Origin: Octopus sinensis
Taxonomy: Eukaryota
Direction of reading: 5' to 3'
NCBI RefSeq assembly: GCF_006345805.1
Contig: NW_021828489.1
Location: forward strand, 1-8,223
Length of the DNA: 8,223 bases
The first letter of the stretch is position 1, and each line of letters starts with the position of its first letter. Positions 6,855 to 8,223 of the stretch are shown here, piece after piece. The position numbers and the translations under genes were made by a program. The notes beneath the pieces were generated by a model. It was not told the DNA's origin, did not search any database, and was given only the letters and a program-made list of their open reading frames with translations.

Positions 6855-6867
6855 TTGGCAAGCAAGC
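6855..6867 (+). repeat. Right target-site duplication TTGGCAAGCAAGC
   Basis: Identical 13-mer at 6470-6482. Confidence 0.92.
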
Positions 6868-7705
6868 AATGTTCAAATGGAGGCAGGGTTGTTGAAATTG
6901 CCACAAATATTGACATATTGGTTAAAGACAATGCTCAATCCAAAATAGAAGTGCAACAAAACTTTTTAAATGGGATTCCGTTTTTTATCCGAAAATTTTA
7001 TGCATGACAAAGCAACGAAAGGATCGAACTGCTTTTGTTCACAAAAGGAGAGCGAACGTTTCTTTGTCCTCGAGGTACCAGATAACCCAGATAACTCGAG
7101 ATTTGGAAAATATCTGGACTACATTTTGTCCATAGAAGGAGGTAAAGTTTATTGCCCCATCTTACTGGCCTTCACGATTGACAATGAGGTACGGCACCAT
7201 ATTATGCGGAACACCCGCTTATACGCTCGCTCTCAAATACACTGGATTATGCAATACAAATGCGAATGTAACATTGCAAGTAACACTCGTTCTTTGTTAC
7301 CATATTTGGTATTGGCAGGTGATAAGTGCACCAGTAACGATGAACATGTTGTGAAGAGAAAGTAGAATTTACAAGTCCTTATGATCTCTCCGGACCACAG
7401 AATAACCTTGAAGATGTGCCTTTTTGTTAGTACTGAGACAAAAAAAAAAGGATCAGGCTTGATGGCACAAAGTAAAAAGCGTAGTTATTAAAGCTGTGGT
7501 AGTAAGACCCACTTGAGGGAATTTGCCCTGTAGAGTTGGAAAACTGAAAATCGAAGGAGACGAGAATGTGGATGAGAAGAGCTCGTCACAGACTAAAGAG
7601 TTCAATCAGTCACAGGCCAGGTCTCGCTGCCTCAGTAGCATTGCCAGTCACACTACCGGACAGAGCTCGGAGGAAAACCTACCTCATTCTTGAATCAATA
7701 TTACT

Positions 7706-7860
7706 TAGCAGAATCGGTAGCGCGTTGATAGTATTTTCTTTGCACTGACTGTTGCGTTCCGCTACGTTCTGAGTCCAAATCTTACGGAAGTCAATTATTC
7801 CCTTTCTTCTTTTGAGGGACGGTGAAATAAAGTACCAGTACTTAGATAGTATCGACTTAT
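7706..7860 (+). mobile_element. Degenerate SINE family B
   Basis: TAGCAGAATCGGTAGC (A-box-like), GAGTCCAAATC (decayed B-box), AAATAAAGTACCAGT. Collinear with the reverse complement of 3266-3400. Confidence 0.6.
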
Positions 7861-7891
7861 AAGCTTTATGCCCAAAGCTGAAGCTATTATT

Positions 7892-8012
7892 AAGGGCGGT
7901 ATATTGAGAGTATCGTCAGCTCGACAGATAAAATGTGATATAGGAGACAAGCACTGAGACGGTATTGACTAACCTATGCTCTCAAATTTCTCAGCTTGTG
8001 TTTACAGTAGAA
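7892..8012 (+). mobile_element. Very degenerate, internally deleted SINE family B
   Basis: Head-like GGGCGG ... ATCGTCAGC ... ATAAAATG joined directly to tail-like AGCACTGAGACGGTATTGACTAACC ... GCTTGTG. Confidence 0.4.
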
Positions 8013-8223
8013 AAAAATATGATTAGTTTATGAAGACTATTATTTCATTTCAAAACATCAAATTAAAAATAATGGTTACTACATTTGCCAGGAACGCAAT
8101 ATAAATGCAAACGATTTAAATATGGGAATGAAAACAAATATCTCAGAATATTGGTATATTCCTTCATGCAGGAACTAACCATCACCATTAAGCGCATTCA
8201 TATTGGTTTCAAATTTTGGCTCA

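Larger units (their letters stand above)
6233..7645 (+). pseudogene. Highly decayed RTE-clade LINE reverse transcriptase relic, interrupted by a SINE at 6483-6854
   Basis: Collinear RTE-like motifs across frames, compared with a remembered consensus. ISCGCKAEKHERP (6266) ~ VTNGVKQGCVLAP. DILVKDNAQSKIEVQQ ~ LLFADDCALNAHSEAEMQQ. LEVPD..RFGKYLDYILS ~ LEVVDKFTYLGSTLS. TIDNEVRHHIMRNTRLYARSQ (7174-7236) ~ TIDDEVxHRIAKASAAFGRLQ. KAVVVRPT (7490) ~ KAVVLPT. RCLSSI (7625) ~ RCLRSI. Confidence 0.6.

Noticed and set aside
6900-7260. Mutator (MULE) transposase similarity (GIPF, YLDYI, HP motifs)
   Set aside because: The RTE RT motifs fit better, in register and in order, over a longer span.
7345-7420. 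HVV ... PDHRI resembling RTE 'GHVVRMPDxRIPK'
   Set aside because: Out of order relative to the KAVV and RCL motifs, so likely chance or a rearrangement; not used as evidence.
8200-8223. Possible minus-strand SINE tail (TATTGGTTTCAAATTTTGGC)
   Set aside because: Too short and cut by the window edge.

Overview
AT-rich, repeat-saturated eukaryotic non-coding DNA. The SINE, mariner and microsatellite content resembles a cephalopod (Octopus-like) genome; this is from recall, not a search. No intact host gene is supportable. Contents: long microsatellites, fragments of three tRNA-derived SINE families, a one-ended mariner (D34D) transposase pseudogene (3796-4750, minus), and a very decayed RTE-like reverse transcriptase relic (about 6233-7645) split by a SINE with a 13-bp TSD. 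The most striking region is 4654-5565. There a ~212-bp block (mariner 5' end + (TA)n + SINE tail) has been copied as a fold-back inverted duplication inside one SINE. The (TA)n of the copy holds a near-perfect 341-bp palindrome carrying two outward-facing, core-intact type I hammerhead ribozymes (Penelope-like terminal repeats). A second, different hammerhead lies at 3712-3758. All alignments and counts were made by eye.
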